Positions 24,685 through 36,845 of a stretch of DNA of 56,536 bases are shown here, piece after piece; position 1 is the stretch's first letter; every line of letters starts with the position of its first letter. The notes under the pieces were generated by a model that worked only from the letters and a program-made list of their open reading frames with translations, ran no database searches and was not told the DNA's origin. This DNA is from Octopus sinensis (lineage: Eukaryota). A program made the translations under genes and the position numbers. Where the stretch lies: positions 1 to 56,536 of the forward strand of contig NW_021834009.1 in NCBI RefSeq assembly GCF_006345805.1, given 5' to 3'.

Positions 24685-26019
24685 CTGAAAAATGTGTGTA
24701 TGAATATTTGAATATATATCAGCATTTGGGAATATATAAATACATACCTGTATAATGTTTTATAATGTGAATTACGCGGTGTAATATGGAGGAATCTAAA
24801 GGAATACATACATACATACATACATACATACATACATACATACATACATACATACATACATACATACAAAAAAGAAACTTAAAACTCTGCACATATACAT
24901 ACAAAAATATCCTGTTATTGATGTTGAAATTCCAATGAAGGAAGCTTGGATCTAGGTTAGAAACGGGCTGTTTCCCTATTGGCAAGAAATCTTGAAATAA
25001 AACTGAATAATGACATACATACATACATACATGCATACATACATACATACATACATACATACATACATACATACATACATACATACATACATACATACAT
25101 ACATACATACTACATACATACACGTGTCTAATGTTTTATAACATAAATAACGCAGGCTAAGATAGATGACTTAAAAGATATACGTATGCACAAATATGTG
25201 TGTGTATGTATACACATACATCAGTGTATACATACATGAGCATTATATATCCCTGATAAAAAGGCGGCTATGTACTTATTTGTAGGATTAGGGAAGCAAT
25301 GACATTGTTACTAAATTCCTATTCATATAAGTACATTATAGATAATTCTACATGCTTCCATCATAAGAACGTATCGATTCTGTTTGTTTGTTTTTTTATT
25401 TGGAAGATATATGTCATGTTTGTATCAATATAATATATAAGAGAGGGAGAGTGTATGAGTGAAAGAGAGAAAAAAAGAGAAAGAATACGTACATACATAC
25501 ATACATACCTACATACATACATACATACATACATACATACATACATACAATACATGCATACATACATACATACATACATACATACATACATACATACATA
25601 CATACATACATACATACATACATGAAAGTACCTGTAAAGTATTCGTCAAACATATGACGTGAGCAGTCATGTATTTATGGAACATTTTGAAACTTCGATT
25701 TAAAAAAAAAAAACATTCGAAAACGTAACGTTTCTGTACTTTTCACTTTTTAAACAGCATTTTCAAAATTTTGACAGTATTTTCTATTTTTTGTTTTGTT
25801 TTGTGAAGTTTTAAACAGTGTTTCCAATTTTACACAACATTTCAAAAACTGTTTTCCTAGATTAAAGACAGAATTTAGAGACGCAGAACAGGGTGTTGGT
25901 CTGACGGCTAAAAAGTGTACGTACGGGAGAGACGTTGTGTCCGTTGTTTTAACTCTTTATATTGTTCAGGTCCCTTAAATTTCGCTTACTCAGTGATACT
26001 CACTGTAACAGCTATAAAT

Positions 26020-26080
26020 AGATTTAGCCTTGATCAGTCAGACCTATGATCAGCGGCAATCAAACTGTGACCATCCAGTT
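26020..26080 (+). repeat. Unclassified interspersed repeat fragment (family F)
   Basis: Motif like GATCAAAGGC.TTCCA.CC.T.ACCATC also at ~26665, ~34410 and ~39361. Confidence 0.45.
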
Positions 26081-27009
26081 GTCTATTACTTTAGAAGAAG
26101 AATCTAGAAACCGAGACTCTACTCCCTTGAGAAACGATGCTAAAGATATGCAGTGATATGCGTATGGAATATCATGGAAATCTAACGTGAGGAAGCTATT
26201 CTGTGTGTATAGAAGGTATGATTGCCACGGCTGGAACGTCTGTGAACGTTTTTTTAGAGATGGGGCCAATGACGGAACCCTTATGTGTTTGCTTGATTTG
26301 CAAGAAATATCTTGCAACCAAATCTCCTTCAAATCGCTATCTCCTCAAATTTGGTATAGAACGCTATACCAACTGCTGAACTGTACACCCCAGCATAGTA
26401 CCTGAGATCCCGGCCTTTCCAGCTAGAATAAAGAGCCGGTACTGAAACAACTTAGGTTTCAAGAGCTCACAACTTTTCAGCATTCTTACAAATGCAAACA
26501 ACCCTTGAGATCTGCAAGGTATAAACGTAGATGTGTAGTTAATGAGACCTCTTCCTTCCTAAATGCGTGGGTGGCGATTTGAAAGAGAAATGGTTGATAC
26601 TTCTTGCAAAACAAGGAAACATATAGGTGTCCCATCATTAGTTGCATCTGTAACAAATGTTGACAGATGTTCCAGCCGTAACCATCTTGTCATTAATACA
26701 CACAGAATAGCTTCTTCCCCTTCGACTCCGTTTATTTAGATAAATCTTTCCATGGACTCCTAGTCTTTGAAGGATCTCTCTAGTTATCAAATTTCGAGCA
26801 AATTTTGAACTCAGTTCATACTTTCACTGCGGGCCAGCATTGTTCTTTGTACTCCATGTTCCATACATGCAGATACGATCGTTAATTACATATATGATTT
26901 ACTAAAGCATGGTTATATTTTGAAATGCATATATGCATATATCTGCATATACACACATACACACATACACACACATACACGTACATATGTAACTACATGT
27001 AGATTATTA

Positions 27010-27180
27010 GCGACTTTTTTTCCTCCGTCTTCTTTTTCTTTTGGACTTTCCTCTGTCTCCTATGTTTGAAGAAGAGCTTTGCTCGAAACGTAAAACACCC
27101 TTTCCTTCCTTAAGTGTCTTTTAATACTCTGTATGTAGCACGTCATGGCGTTGTTGTCTTTTTATTGTTGTGTTTTTTTG
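27010..27180 (+). mobile_element. Penelope-like element terminal (pLTR) fragment
   Basis: TTGGACTTT..CCTC..GAAGAGCTTTGCTCGAAACGT..CACGTC..GTTGTTGT. A homologous copy lies inverted at 27785-27925. Confidence 0.65.
27063..27097 (+). ncRNA. Degenerate minimal type I hammerhead ribozyme motif
   Basis: TGTTT-GAAGA-A-GAGC ttt GCTC-GAAA-C-GTA-AAACA: stems I and II and GAAA are present, but the core appears to lack C3/U4. Confidence 0.45.
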
Positions 27181-27228
27181 TTCATTTTTTTGGGGGGCGG
27201 GGTTAATTAATCATATATATATGTATGT

Positions 27229-27608
27229 GGAAGCACTCCGTCGGTTACGACGACGAGGGTTCCGGTTGATCCGAATCAACGGAACAGCCTACTCGTGAAA
27301 TTAACGTGTAAATGGCTAAGTACTCCACAGACACGTGTACCCTTAACGTAGTTCTCGGGGATATTCAGCGTGACACAGAGAGTGACAAGGCCGGCCCCTT
27401 TAAATACATGTACAACAGAAACAGGAAGTAAGAGTGAGAGAAAGTTGTGGTGAAAGAGTACTGCAAGGATCACCACCATCCCCTGCCGGAGCCCTGTGGA
27501 GCTTTAGGTGCTTTCGCTCAATAAACACTCACAACGCCCGGTCTGGGAATCAAAACCGCGATACTATGACCGCGAGTCCGCTGCCCTAACCACAAGGCCA
27601 TTGCGCCT

Positions 27609-27610
<2 letters not shown>
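27229..27610 (-). mobile_element. SINE family C, full length
   Basis: Near-identical to 3684-4027. Confidence 0.92.
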
Positions 27611-27650
<40 letters not shown>

Positions 27651-27656
27651 GCATAC

Positions 27657-27697
<41 letters not shown>

Positions 27698-27710
27698 GTG
27701 TGTGTGTGTG

Positions 27711-27744
<34 letters not shown>

Positions 27745-27784
27745 GTGTGTGTGTGTGCATGCATTGTCAAATCAAATAAATGAA

Positions 27785-27925
27785 CATTAAAAGTAACAAT
27801 AACAAATAAGAGGACGTGCACAAGGAATGTATTAGTCTGACGCTCAGTAAAAAGAGACAGCCTTTGACGTTTCAAGCATAGCTCTTTGTCGGAAAGTAAA
27901 GAGGAAAAAGTCCAAAGAAGGACAA
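27785..27925 (-). mobile_element. Penelope-like terminal fragment with degenerate hammerhead motif (27862-27896)
   Basis: Minus: CTTT-CCGACAA-A-GAGC tat GCTT-GAAA-C-GTC-AAAG. Confidence 0.6.
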
Positions 27926-27940
27926 AAAATCACCAACACC

Positions 27941-28165
27941 AAACCGCTAAGTTACAAGGGCGTAAACACACCAACACCGGTTGTCAAGCGGTGATGGGGG
28001 ACAAACAGACACAAAACACACACACACATATATACGATGGTTTTTTTTCAATTTCCATCTACCAAATCCACTCACACGGCTTTGGTCAATCCAAGTCTAT
28101 AGTGGAAGACACTTGCCCGAGGTGCCACGCAGTGGAACTGAATCCGGAACCATGTGGTGGGGAAT
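27941..28165 (-). mobile_element. SINE family B, partial
   Basis: Reverse complement of 10370-10615. Confidence 0.85.
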
Positions 28166-28382
28166 CATACAGCGAAGCCTGCGCTTGTGATAGTCTTAGA
28201 TACAAAATATTCCCCCCAAAAATTCGAATGGCTACGGCTGGGAAGCTTATGTTCTTACGTCTGCTCACTCTGTGTTGGCCTAGGGTTGAAAAACAACAAA
28301 ACGAACAGATAACGTAAATACTTTTAATTAATATATACCTTTACAAACACGCAAAAACACGTATACAAATAGAAGCTGTCAC

Positions 28383-28446
<64 letters not shown>

Positions 28447-28586
28447 TATATATATATACTCACAGACACATACTCGCTCATAGACACACACACATAAAAC
28501 AGATACATGCAACACAGAAATAGGGCCGCAATTGTAGTTGCTTCTCTGAACGCGTACATACATATGCAGAACACATATAAACATAT

Positions 28587-28634
<48 letters not shown>

Positions 28635-29124
28635 CATACATACATACGCAGATACACATACATACACGCTTGACCGTGCCCATGCGCATACGCACATAGA
28701 CGTCCAAATGCACCCATACACTGACACATGCATACATATCTCAATCATGTTTGCTTCTATAAAAGGCTAAACGTATGGTAGTCACTACATGAAAAGATGA
28801 TTCCAATTCAATTTCAATATTCATATCATTGTCTGACCTTTCACCTTTCCGAAAACTCCTCAAATGTCTTTCAGAAATTAACATATGTAGATATATATAC
28901 AGATGTAGGTGGTGGGGTGTAACTATAGGTGTGGGTGTAACTGCGGTTGCCGCCTGTATATATGTGCATCTGTTTGCCTATATATACAATATATTTCCTT
29001 ATTCATGGATGTATGACTAGGTTTTTGTGTGCGTTTACTTACATATCTATATGGTGTATGTATGTATATATGTATGTATGTATTTCTAAATGTGTAAATA
29101 TATACACACACACATACATACATA

Positions 29125-29155
<31 letters not shown>

Positions 29156-29511
29156 GATATATATTATAATTTATATACATATATATACGTATGTATGTGT
29201 GTAAATATATATTTGTGTGTTTGTATGTGTTTATGTGTATGCATGTGTGTTTGTGTTTGTATATGGATAATGCATACATGTATACAAGTATACATGGCAC
29301 ATACATTCTCATTTACTCTTTTTCCCAGACACACGCCATCCACACGTACGCTTACATATATGCACGTATTTGCACACCATACATATATATATATATACAC
29401 CACACACAGACACTCACGCACACTCACACGCACATAAACACACACACATATACATGATACTCATTTATAAATATGTATACCTTTATATGAATACATACGT
29501 ACATACATATA

Positions 29512-29570
<59 letters not shown>

Positions 29571-30023
29571 TATATCATTATAACTGTATTTATGTACGTA
29601 TATATATATGTATTTGTGCACATTCGTAATTAGAGACGCCAAACTTCCACAGAAGCAATTATCTAATTAAAACCATTACAAATTACTCTAATGGCTTCTT
29701 GTTTTCGCCGTCAACAATATCCGAAATTAGCCTTATAGTTCATATGATGTGTATTTATATGTGAGAAACTCTCGACTATAAGTCCATATGCGCATGCGTG
29801 TGGCATTGTCTATGCTCATACCGATCGGTTGAATGTGTCTTGTATTTATGAACGTGACTGCTTGCCTCTATAGACATCTGTTTCATTGGTTATGTCCGCT
29901 CTTTTATATGATGAGCGCTCGTCTTTCAATTTTTTTCTCGTTACATGTCTACTTAAATTTTTTTCTAATATCAATTTTCATATAAGCTGTGGAATAGCGG
30001 CGATGAGGAGGTACCAGAAATGG

Positions 30024-30590
30024 TATTATTATTATTATTGAGTGAGGGAGTAGTGCATGCCATCAAAGTGAGACTGGGTTAAAATATACGAAGCCCAGTA
30101 TACTCATCATGACTAGCCGTCTGATTAGGGTACACCAGGCACATGCATCACAACCATATGTGCGTGACATGGTGATCTCATATCAAGATAAATAGCACAT
30201 GACCTTGCAGGTGAGGCCCAGTTAGAATTTTCTTCTGGTCGAGTAACCCATCCCACTCAAAAGGTCCTGAATAAGGGTGTTTAGGATGTTGAACGAAACA
30301 CCCATGTTTCCAGAGTGAATTATTCAAACCCCAAAGAATCCATCTCAACACATCGCTATGATGCTCCCCCTCTACTTCTGCTCGTGGTCAGAGATGCACA
30401 TATCGTTAGCCACTAAGGGACATGCTCAACTGGTTAGGGTCAAACAACTGACATGCAAATCTGTGGTATTGAGCAGAATATTTGCTGTAGCCCATCTTTT
30501 ATACCAAGACAAAATAATGTACATGATAACACTTCCAATCAGTTAAGATCAGAAGCCATGAGAGTCACTGGCTCTCATGCATCAGGGCTA
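30024..30590 (-). mobile_element. 3' end of a non-LTR retroposon (LINE 3' UTR-like) with (AAT)n tail
   Basis: Higher-GC, non-simple sequence ending on minus in CTCACTCAATAATAATAAT. Recalled as an abundant octopus repeat; family not verified. Confidence 0.6.
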
Positions 30591-30591
30591 A

Positions 30592-30625
<34 letters not shown>

Positions 30626-30627
30626 TA

Positions 30628-30686
<59 letters not shown>

Positions 30687-30729
30687 ATATTATTATTATT
30701 ATTAGTAGTAGTAGTAGTCGTAGTAGTAA

Positions 30730-30950
30730 GGCGGCGTGCTGGCAGAATCGTCAGCACGCCGGGCAAAATGCTCTGCAGCATTTCGTCCGTCTTTACGTTT
30801 TGATTTCAAGTTCTATGGAGGTCGACTTTACCTTTGATCCTTTCGGTTTCGATAAAATAAGTACCAGCCAGATACTGGATTCGATGTAAATGATTTCCAC
30901 ACCCACTAAAACAGCTGCTTGCTCTGTGCCAAAATTTGAAACAATTATTG
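30730..30950 (+). mobile_element. SINE family A
   Basis: Head GGCGGCGTGCTGGCAGAATCG and body GTCGACTTT..CTTT.ATCCTTTCGG. Confidence 0.85.
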
Positions 30951-31024
30951 TTGTTATTGTTGTTATGAATGGTTTGGCTCAGGTTCGGTCTTATTTCTGA
31001 TGGGAATTATGTGGATAGCGGGTT

Positions 31025-31081
31025 ACTACCTTAGGTTGTGAGTGGTTATGGTAGACGCAAACTGAAAGAAGTCGTTGTGTT

Positions 31082-31112
<31 letters not shown>

Positions 31113-31365
31113 TGTGTGTGTGTATGTGTGTGTGTGTGTGTGTTTATGTGTTTGTCTTTGTGTTTTTCCTCCACCATCACTTGATAACTGATGTTGGTGT
31201 GTTTACGTCCATATAGCGGTTTGGTAAAAAAAACACCGACAGAATAAGTATTAGGCTTACGAAGAATAAGTCCTGGGGTTGATTTCTTCGACTAAAACTT
31301 TTTCAAGGCGGTGCTCCAGCATGGTCTCAGTCAAATTACTGAAACAAGTAAAAGAATTAAAGAAT
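31025..31365 (+). mobile_element. SINE family B, 5'-truncated
   Basis: Colinear with 10450-10760. Confidence 0.85.
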
Positions 31366-31951
31366 GAAAGAACACTGTTCTTTATTAAAAAATTTGATAT
31401 AGCAAGTGAGAAGAGTCAGATGCCTAGGTTTAATGCCTCGCGGGGTTTAGTTACATCCAGTACTCTCTAATTTAGATAATTAATACCAGACTTAATGCTA
31501 CATTTCGTCGTTTCAGACTCGACCCAAGTATGTTCGTGGTGCTAAAACGTGTAATATACTTGTGTCGATTCAATCAACTAAACCCAAAATGTTTCATAAA
31601 TTGCTACTCAGAATTTCACGTACACGATCAGTAGACACATCTCTGACGATCGCTTATATGATCATCGGATCATGAAGTTTGGGTGCTGCAATAAAACACT
31701 ATATTTCCCTGCAGTCTTAGTATTTGAGTACTATTTTCACCGTCATTTGTTTAGCGTACGTGCTTGCACTTATCTATGTGCCATGAATATATATTTCTCC
31801 ATGCATATGTGTGTGTGTATGTGTGTGTGTGCGTGTGTGGTGGGTGTATGTATATGTATATACATACAAATATATATATAATATATATATATATACAATA
31901 TATTCATACACAAATACGCACACACACACATATCAATATATAATATATATA

Positions 31952-31989
<38 letters not shown>

Positions 31990-32115
31990 TACTTGGAGAA
32001 AAGAAACGAAACGACGCGAGGGCGCTCAGTCATATAATAATTTAATAAATAAAATATACGCATACATACCTACATATATATATACGTACCTACATCTATA
32101 AGTATATATACATGC

Positions 32116-32153
<38 letters not shown>

Positions 32154-32819
32154 GATGTAGGTACGTACATATATGTATGTATGCGTATATCTTTATTTAT
32201 TAAATTATTATTATATATATATATTGCATTACTCTCATATAAAGAATAAGTTTTTATATGTTTAGTAAATTGCAATTTTCTTCGTACTTGACCCAAATTC
32301 ACTCACAAGATTAGGATCCCCCTAGGGACTTGAGTAAAGAAACTTGTCCAAGATGGTAAGATGGGGGTCAAATCCGAGACCTCATAATTGCAAAACAAAC
32401 CCCTTAAATTCAGCTAGGGCTCAGTCAATATTTATAAGCTTTATAACATATTCAGTCAAGTGAACGATTTGTGTCCCATCCGTTTTAAGTATGGTCTACG
32501 GCTAAGAATCGATCTCGCTGTGAGTCTATATATAAATGTCCTCTATAAACGACAAAGTATCTTATAATTCCCATCTTTGGCTTCAAAAATCAGCCTTAGC
32601 AAAAATATGTACCAAAAAATGGAGAGTCGAAACTAAATAGTAATATGCCCGCTGCCATCCCGCTACTCTTACAAGTAGCAATACTTCGTCGATAGCAAGC
32701 TATCACTGCTTATATAAATAGCGGTTTTATCGATTAGTTTTCACTAGAAATTCAAAGGAAAATATTTCTGAATCAAACTGGATTCAAAATTCTGTTACTA
32801 TTGCAACGAATGATGCAAC

Positions 32820-33030
32820 ATAGTTGCTGCTATTGCAGTTCTGATTGTGGTAATGGTGGTGGTGGTGATGATGGTGAACTAGTATTGGTAGTGGTGATGA
32901 TGGTAGTGGTGATGATGATAGTGGTGATGATGGCAGTGGTGATAATAGTGGTGGGGTGATGGTGGTGGATGTAGCGACGTAGGTGATATTGTTGTGGTTG
33001 TGGTGATGGTGTTGCTGCTACTGCAATAAA
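32820..33030. repeat. Degenerate (GGT/GAT/TGT)n tract
   Basis: Directly visible. Confidence 0.9.
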
Positions 33031-33287
33031 ACTGCGATTCATAATTTTGTTTAGACATAAACGCGATTAATAAAATGAGACACAATTGTTTTTTCATATT
33101 ATGTATTTTGTAATATTTTCAATAGTAAAATTTTTTTTTTTAAGTCTCTATGCAATGTGTTCCATAAATTTTTTTATTGCTTCCCCAATGTGACACGAAG
33201 TCGAGAAGACTGAGAAACACAGCTGTAAGGATTATAGAATTAAAATTAAATCAAAGCATCCTGTTATATCTTTGTTATACAATCCAG

Positions 33288-33309
33288 GTCGGACTTCTTG
33301 AATTTGGAA
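33288..33309 (+). CDS. Candidate 22-nt exon, product unknown
   Basis: ctgttatatctttgttatacaatccag|GTCGGACTTCTTGAATTTGGAA|gtaagt. Open in two frames (VGLLEFG; SDFLNLE). Confidence 0.3.
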
Positions 33310-33645
33310 GTAAGTGATCCTATATTTCCGATGCTCTGGTAGTTTCCTTGTCTTTCAAAGTTTTGCATCTACGACCATTAGAACGGAGCTGTTGGCAGCG
33401 CTAAGCCACCGAATTATGTTTTCTGTAACAAGTGTATTAGGGGATTCAGTACTTACTGCTGATATTTATCTGAATATTAACCTCTTTCGGGATGTCAACC
33501 ATGGGATTAAGGGGTGAAAATAGTGATGTTAGTTTTAAGAAGCTTCAGCATAAATAATTATCTATCCATAAAATGTGGAGTTATTTAAAAAAAATTAGAT
33601 ACTAAGGACAGGACTGTAAAGAGTTTGTGTAAGTACTCTTTTTAC

Positions 33646-33751
33646 ATGCTGTGTTTGGAGGAAACAGGAGTGCCCATGACTTTCACAAACTTTCCAAGAC
33701 AGGTGAGACTGAGGCCATTGATGTTTCTATTGAACCTTTGTGATTCAACAC
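33646..33751 (-). CDS. Candidate exon, product unknown
   Basis: Very strong acceptor (ccttctttgctcat-polyT-gcag|G). Phase-1 frame open: xVESQRFNRNINGLSLTCLGKFVKVMGTPVSSKHS. Donor CAT|gtaaaa is only moderate. Confidence 0.25.
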
Positions 33752-34925
33752 CTGCAAAAAAAAAATGAGCAAAGAAGGATATTCTAGAAGACCAACGTTC
33801 TGGAAAGGAAGAACTGGACTTACTGATTCGAGAGAAACTTAGGCTGGAGTCGAACACAACAAGAATAACGAGAGGAAGCGAAACGGGTAGGAAGAAAACA
33901 GATTGGGTTGAGGTGATATGAACACAGCCAGTTGCAAGGAGCAGCGGCAGAAAAGGTAGAAAGATGTTCAAATCATTAACTGTTTATGACTTAAAGAAGC
34001 AAAAGGAGTAGACTTTAGTGGGTCCATTTTCATTTCTTACAACTTTTCCGTGATTCCAATGCCAAATCACAAGGGTAGCGAATCTAAAATATATAGCGTT
34101 GTTATATACAGTTTTAATATAGGGATATAGTGATGCTGTATAGTGCTTGGAATGATTACAGTTGGATTGTTAGTTTATAATTATAGATTGAAAATATCTC
34201 TCTCCGTTGTTTCAATATTTTTTTTTATTCTCTGTTCAGTTCCTTCATTTTGGAAATGATGCTGACGTTACTGCTGCAGTTTGCTAATAATGTTGCCGTC
34301 GTCAGTATTGTAGTTTATTTTGTTGTTACAACCACTACTATTGCTTGTTGTTGTTTGTATTGTTATTGATTTTGTCGTTGCATAACTTTCAGCCTACTCT
34401 GACTGAGCAGATCAAAGTCATTCCAACCATCACATGACATCTGTTTCATTAAACATAGTATATAAGTAGAACTATGTTTTGCAGTGTGTCCTTTTTATTG
34501 CGACAGAAGTAGTTTGAGGAAGATTTGGTCAATGTTTTTACCAGATGAAACGGCACTACGCCGACTTTCCTTAGAGATCAGTTGTTTTTTTTCTGTCTCG
34601 CACAGCATGGAAGTAGAAACATCTCCAAGAATGCTGAGATTCTTGAAAAATAGTCAAAAATATATTTTTTTAATGCAATAAAACGAAAATTGTTGTATAT
34701 ATACATACATACATACATACATACATACATACATACATACATACATACATACATACATACATACATACAGTCACTCACACACATACATATGCACGTACAC
34801 ACATACACACACATATATATGTCAGTATATGTATATGTATATTATATATACGTATGTGTGTGTGCGTGTGTGGTGGGTCTATGTATGTACTTTATATATG
34901 TATACATATATCTACACACTTATAA

Positions 34926-34970
<45 letters not shown>

Positions 34971-35756
34971 ATATATATACATACATACATACATACATAC
35001 ATACATACATAGAAACAGAGATATACGTATATAGATAGACGCGTCCAAGTGCGCATGCGTGTGTGATTAATTACATGTATATTGTGTTCTTCGCGTCCGT
35101 AATTAATAACTCAATCGCCGACACAAGCAAGACAAGTCTGGTAGGTAAGAAAAAGGGTTTAAACTAAAAATAATACAAGAAGTCCGTGATTAATGAGTAG
35201 AGATACAATTCAACACAATCAATTGCAAATTAAATAAATAATTTCAAGTTAGAACACAGGGATCGTATAATAAATACTGCCCATTTATATATATATATCA
35301 GATTTAGATCAATAATAGATAATAAGGAATTAATCAGCTATTAAGCATTTTTTACAGACGATATTTCAGGTTTTATAGTGAATTTCAGGACTAGTTATAG
35401 CACCGTTGCATTTAAATTCTCCTATGGAAGACCTATATGGTTTGCTTAAGATGATGTATGCGTACGTGTGTACAACTCACACACACACATACACACACGC
35501 CCATACACACAGCCACACGCACACATACATGTGTAAACGTATATATGAGCATATACATTTACATATATGTATATATATATATATACATATAAAGGTTAGT
35601 AGAGTTAGAGGTGGGAATAACCGTCTAAGGGATAAAAATATCCGTGTTACTACCGGTATAATTACCTATCGTAACCCTGGAATACATATGCAAGCATATT
35701 ATGCTCATAGCTTACAGGCCATGACAAAGATAAACGAGTTTACCAGGAGTCAAATT

Positions 35757-36233
35757 TAAAGTAAACAGAAAATGGAGAAATATTGATCAACAACAATTGA
35801 CTAACATCAATTATTACTTTTTAATACAAATATACTGTATCCCATCTAACAGCTGTTTCTGCTTCCAGTGTTCTACGGTATTGCCATTGAAAACTCTGAA
35901 ATATTCATCATATTTGGTAACACATCCGCTCTGGAACACGGAGCTTCATCAGATTGAAGAAAAATACATAAAAGAAAAGAAAATAACCTAGAGAAGAAGA
36001 TGAAAGACTTAATATCATTAAATCATACCATTTTGCATGTGTTGCTTCAGGACGTTGAGTAAAAGACTAAACTAAGAATATTAATTGGTTGGTTAATTTT
36101 CAATGGCAATACTCTAGAATATTGGAAGCAGAAACAGCTGTTGGATGGGATAAAGTCTATTTGTATTAGAAAGTAGTAATTGATGTTAGTCAATTGTTGT
36201 TGATCAATATTTCTCCATTTTCTGTTTACTTTA
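35757..36233. mobile_element. Foldback MITE, TA-flanked, ~135-bp TIRs
   Basis: TA|AAGTAAACAGAAAATGGAGAAATATTGATCAAC... (35759-35893) is inverted at 36097-36231 (...CTCCATTTTCTGTTTACTT|TA). Confidence 0.9.
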
Positions 36234-36328
36234 TATATGTGTGTGTATACATACACCCACTTATGTATATAACGTGTGTGCAAATATATGTATATACATA
36301 CACACACACACACACATATATATATCAT

Positions 36329-36796
36329 ATACTCTTTTACTCTTTTACTTGTTTCAGCCATCCGGCTGAGGCCATGCTGGGGCACCGCCATATATATTCT
36401 TTTATTCTTTAACTTGCTTCAGTCATTTGACTGGGGCCATGCTGGAGCATCGCTTTTTAGTCGAGCAAATCGACCCCAAGACTTATTCGTTGTAAGCCTG
36501 GTACTTATTTTATTGGTCTCTACAACCGAAACACTAAGTTACGGGACGTTAACACACCAACATCAGTTGTCAATCGATTGTGGTGGAGACAAACACAGAC
36601 ACAAAGACACGTACATAAATATACACATATATATACGACGGGCTTCTTTCGGTTTCCGTCTATCAAATCCGCTCACAAGGCTTTAGTCGGCCCGAGGCTA
36701 TACTTGACGACACTTACCCAAGGTGCCACGCAGTGGGACTGAACCTGAAAATGGAGAAATTGGTTGTGACGCAATCTTCTTACCACACAGCCACCC

Positions 36797-36797
<1 letters not shown>
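36329..36797 (-). mobile_element. SINE family B, full length
   Basis: Reverse complement of 10341-10760. Confidence 0.9.

Positions 36798-36845
<48 letters not shown>

Noticed and set aside
26195-26222. tgtgtgtatag|AAG|gtatga as a 3-nt microexon, and ORF 26187-26405
   Set aside because: Weak polypyrimidine tract, the region includes interspersed repeat fragments, and the ORF has no recognisable similarity
29789-29798. TGCGCATGCG NRF1-like motif (again ~35051)
   Set aside because: Easily generated within TG/CA-rich low-complexity sequence, with no CpG-rich promoter context
33642-33971. 109-aa minus ORF with a signal-peptide-like N-terminus
   Set aside because: The hydrophobic N-terminal half is simply the antisense of a purine-rich tract, so only the part after the acceptor at 33751 was kept as a weak candidate
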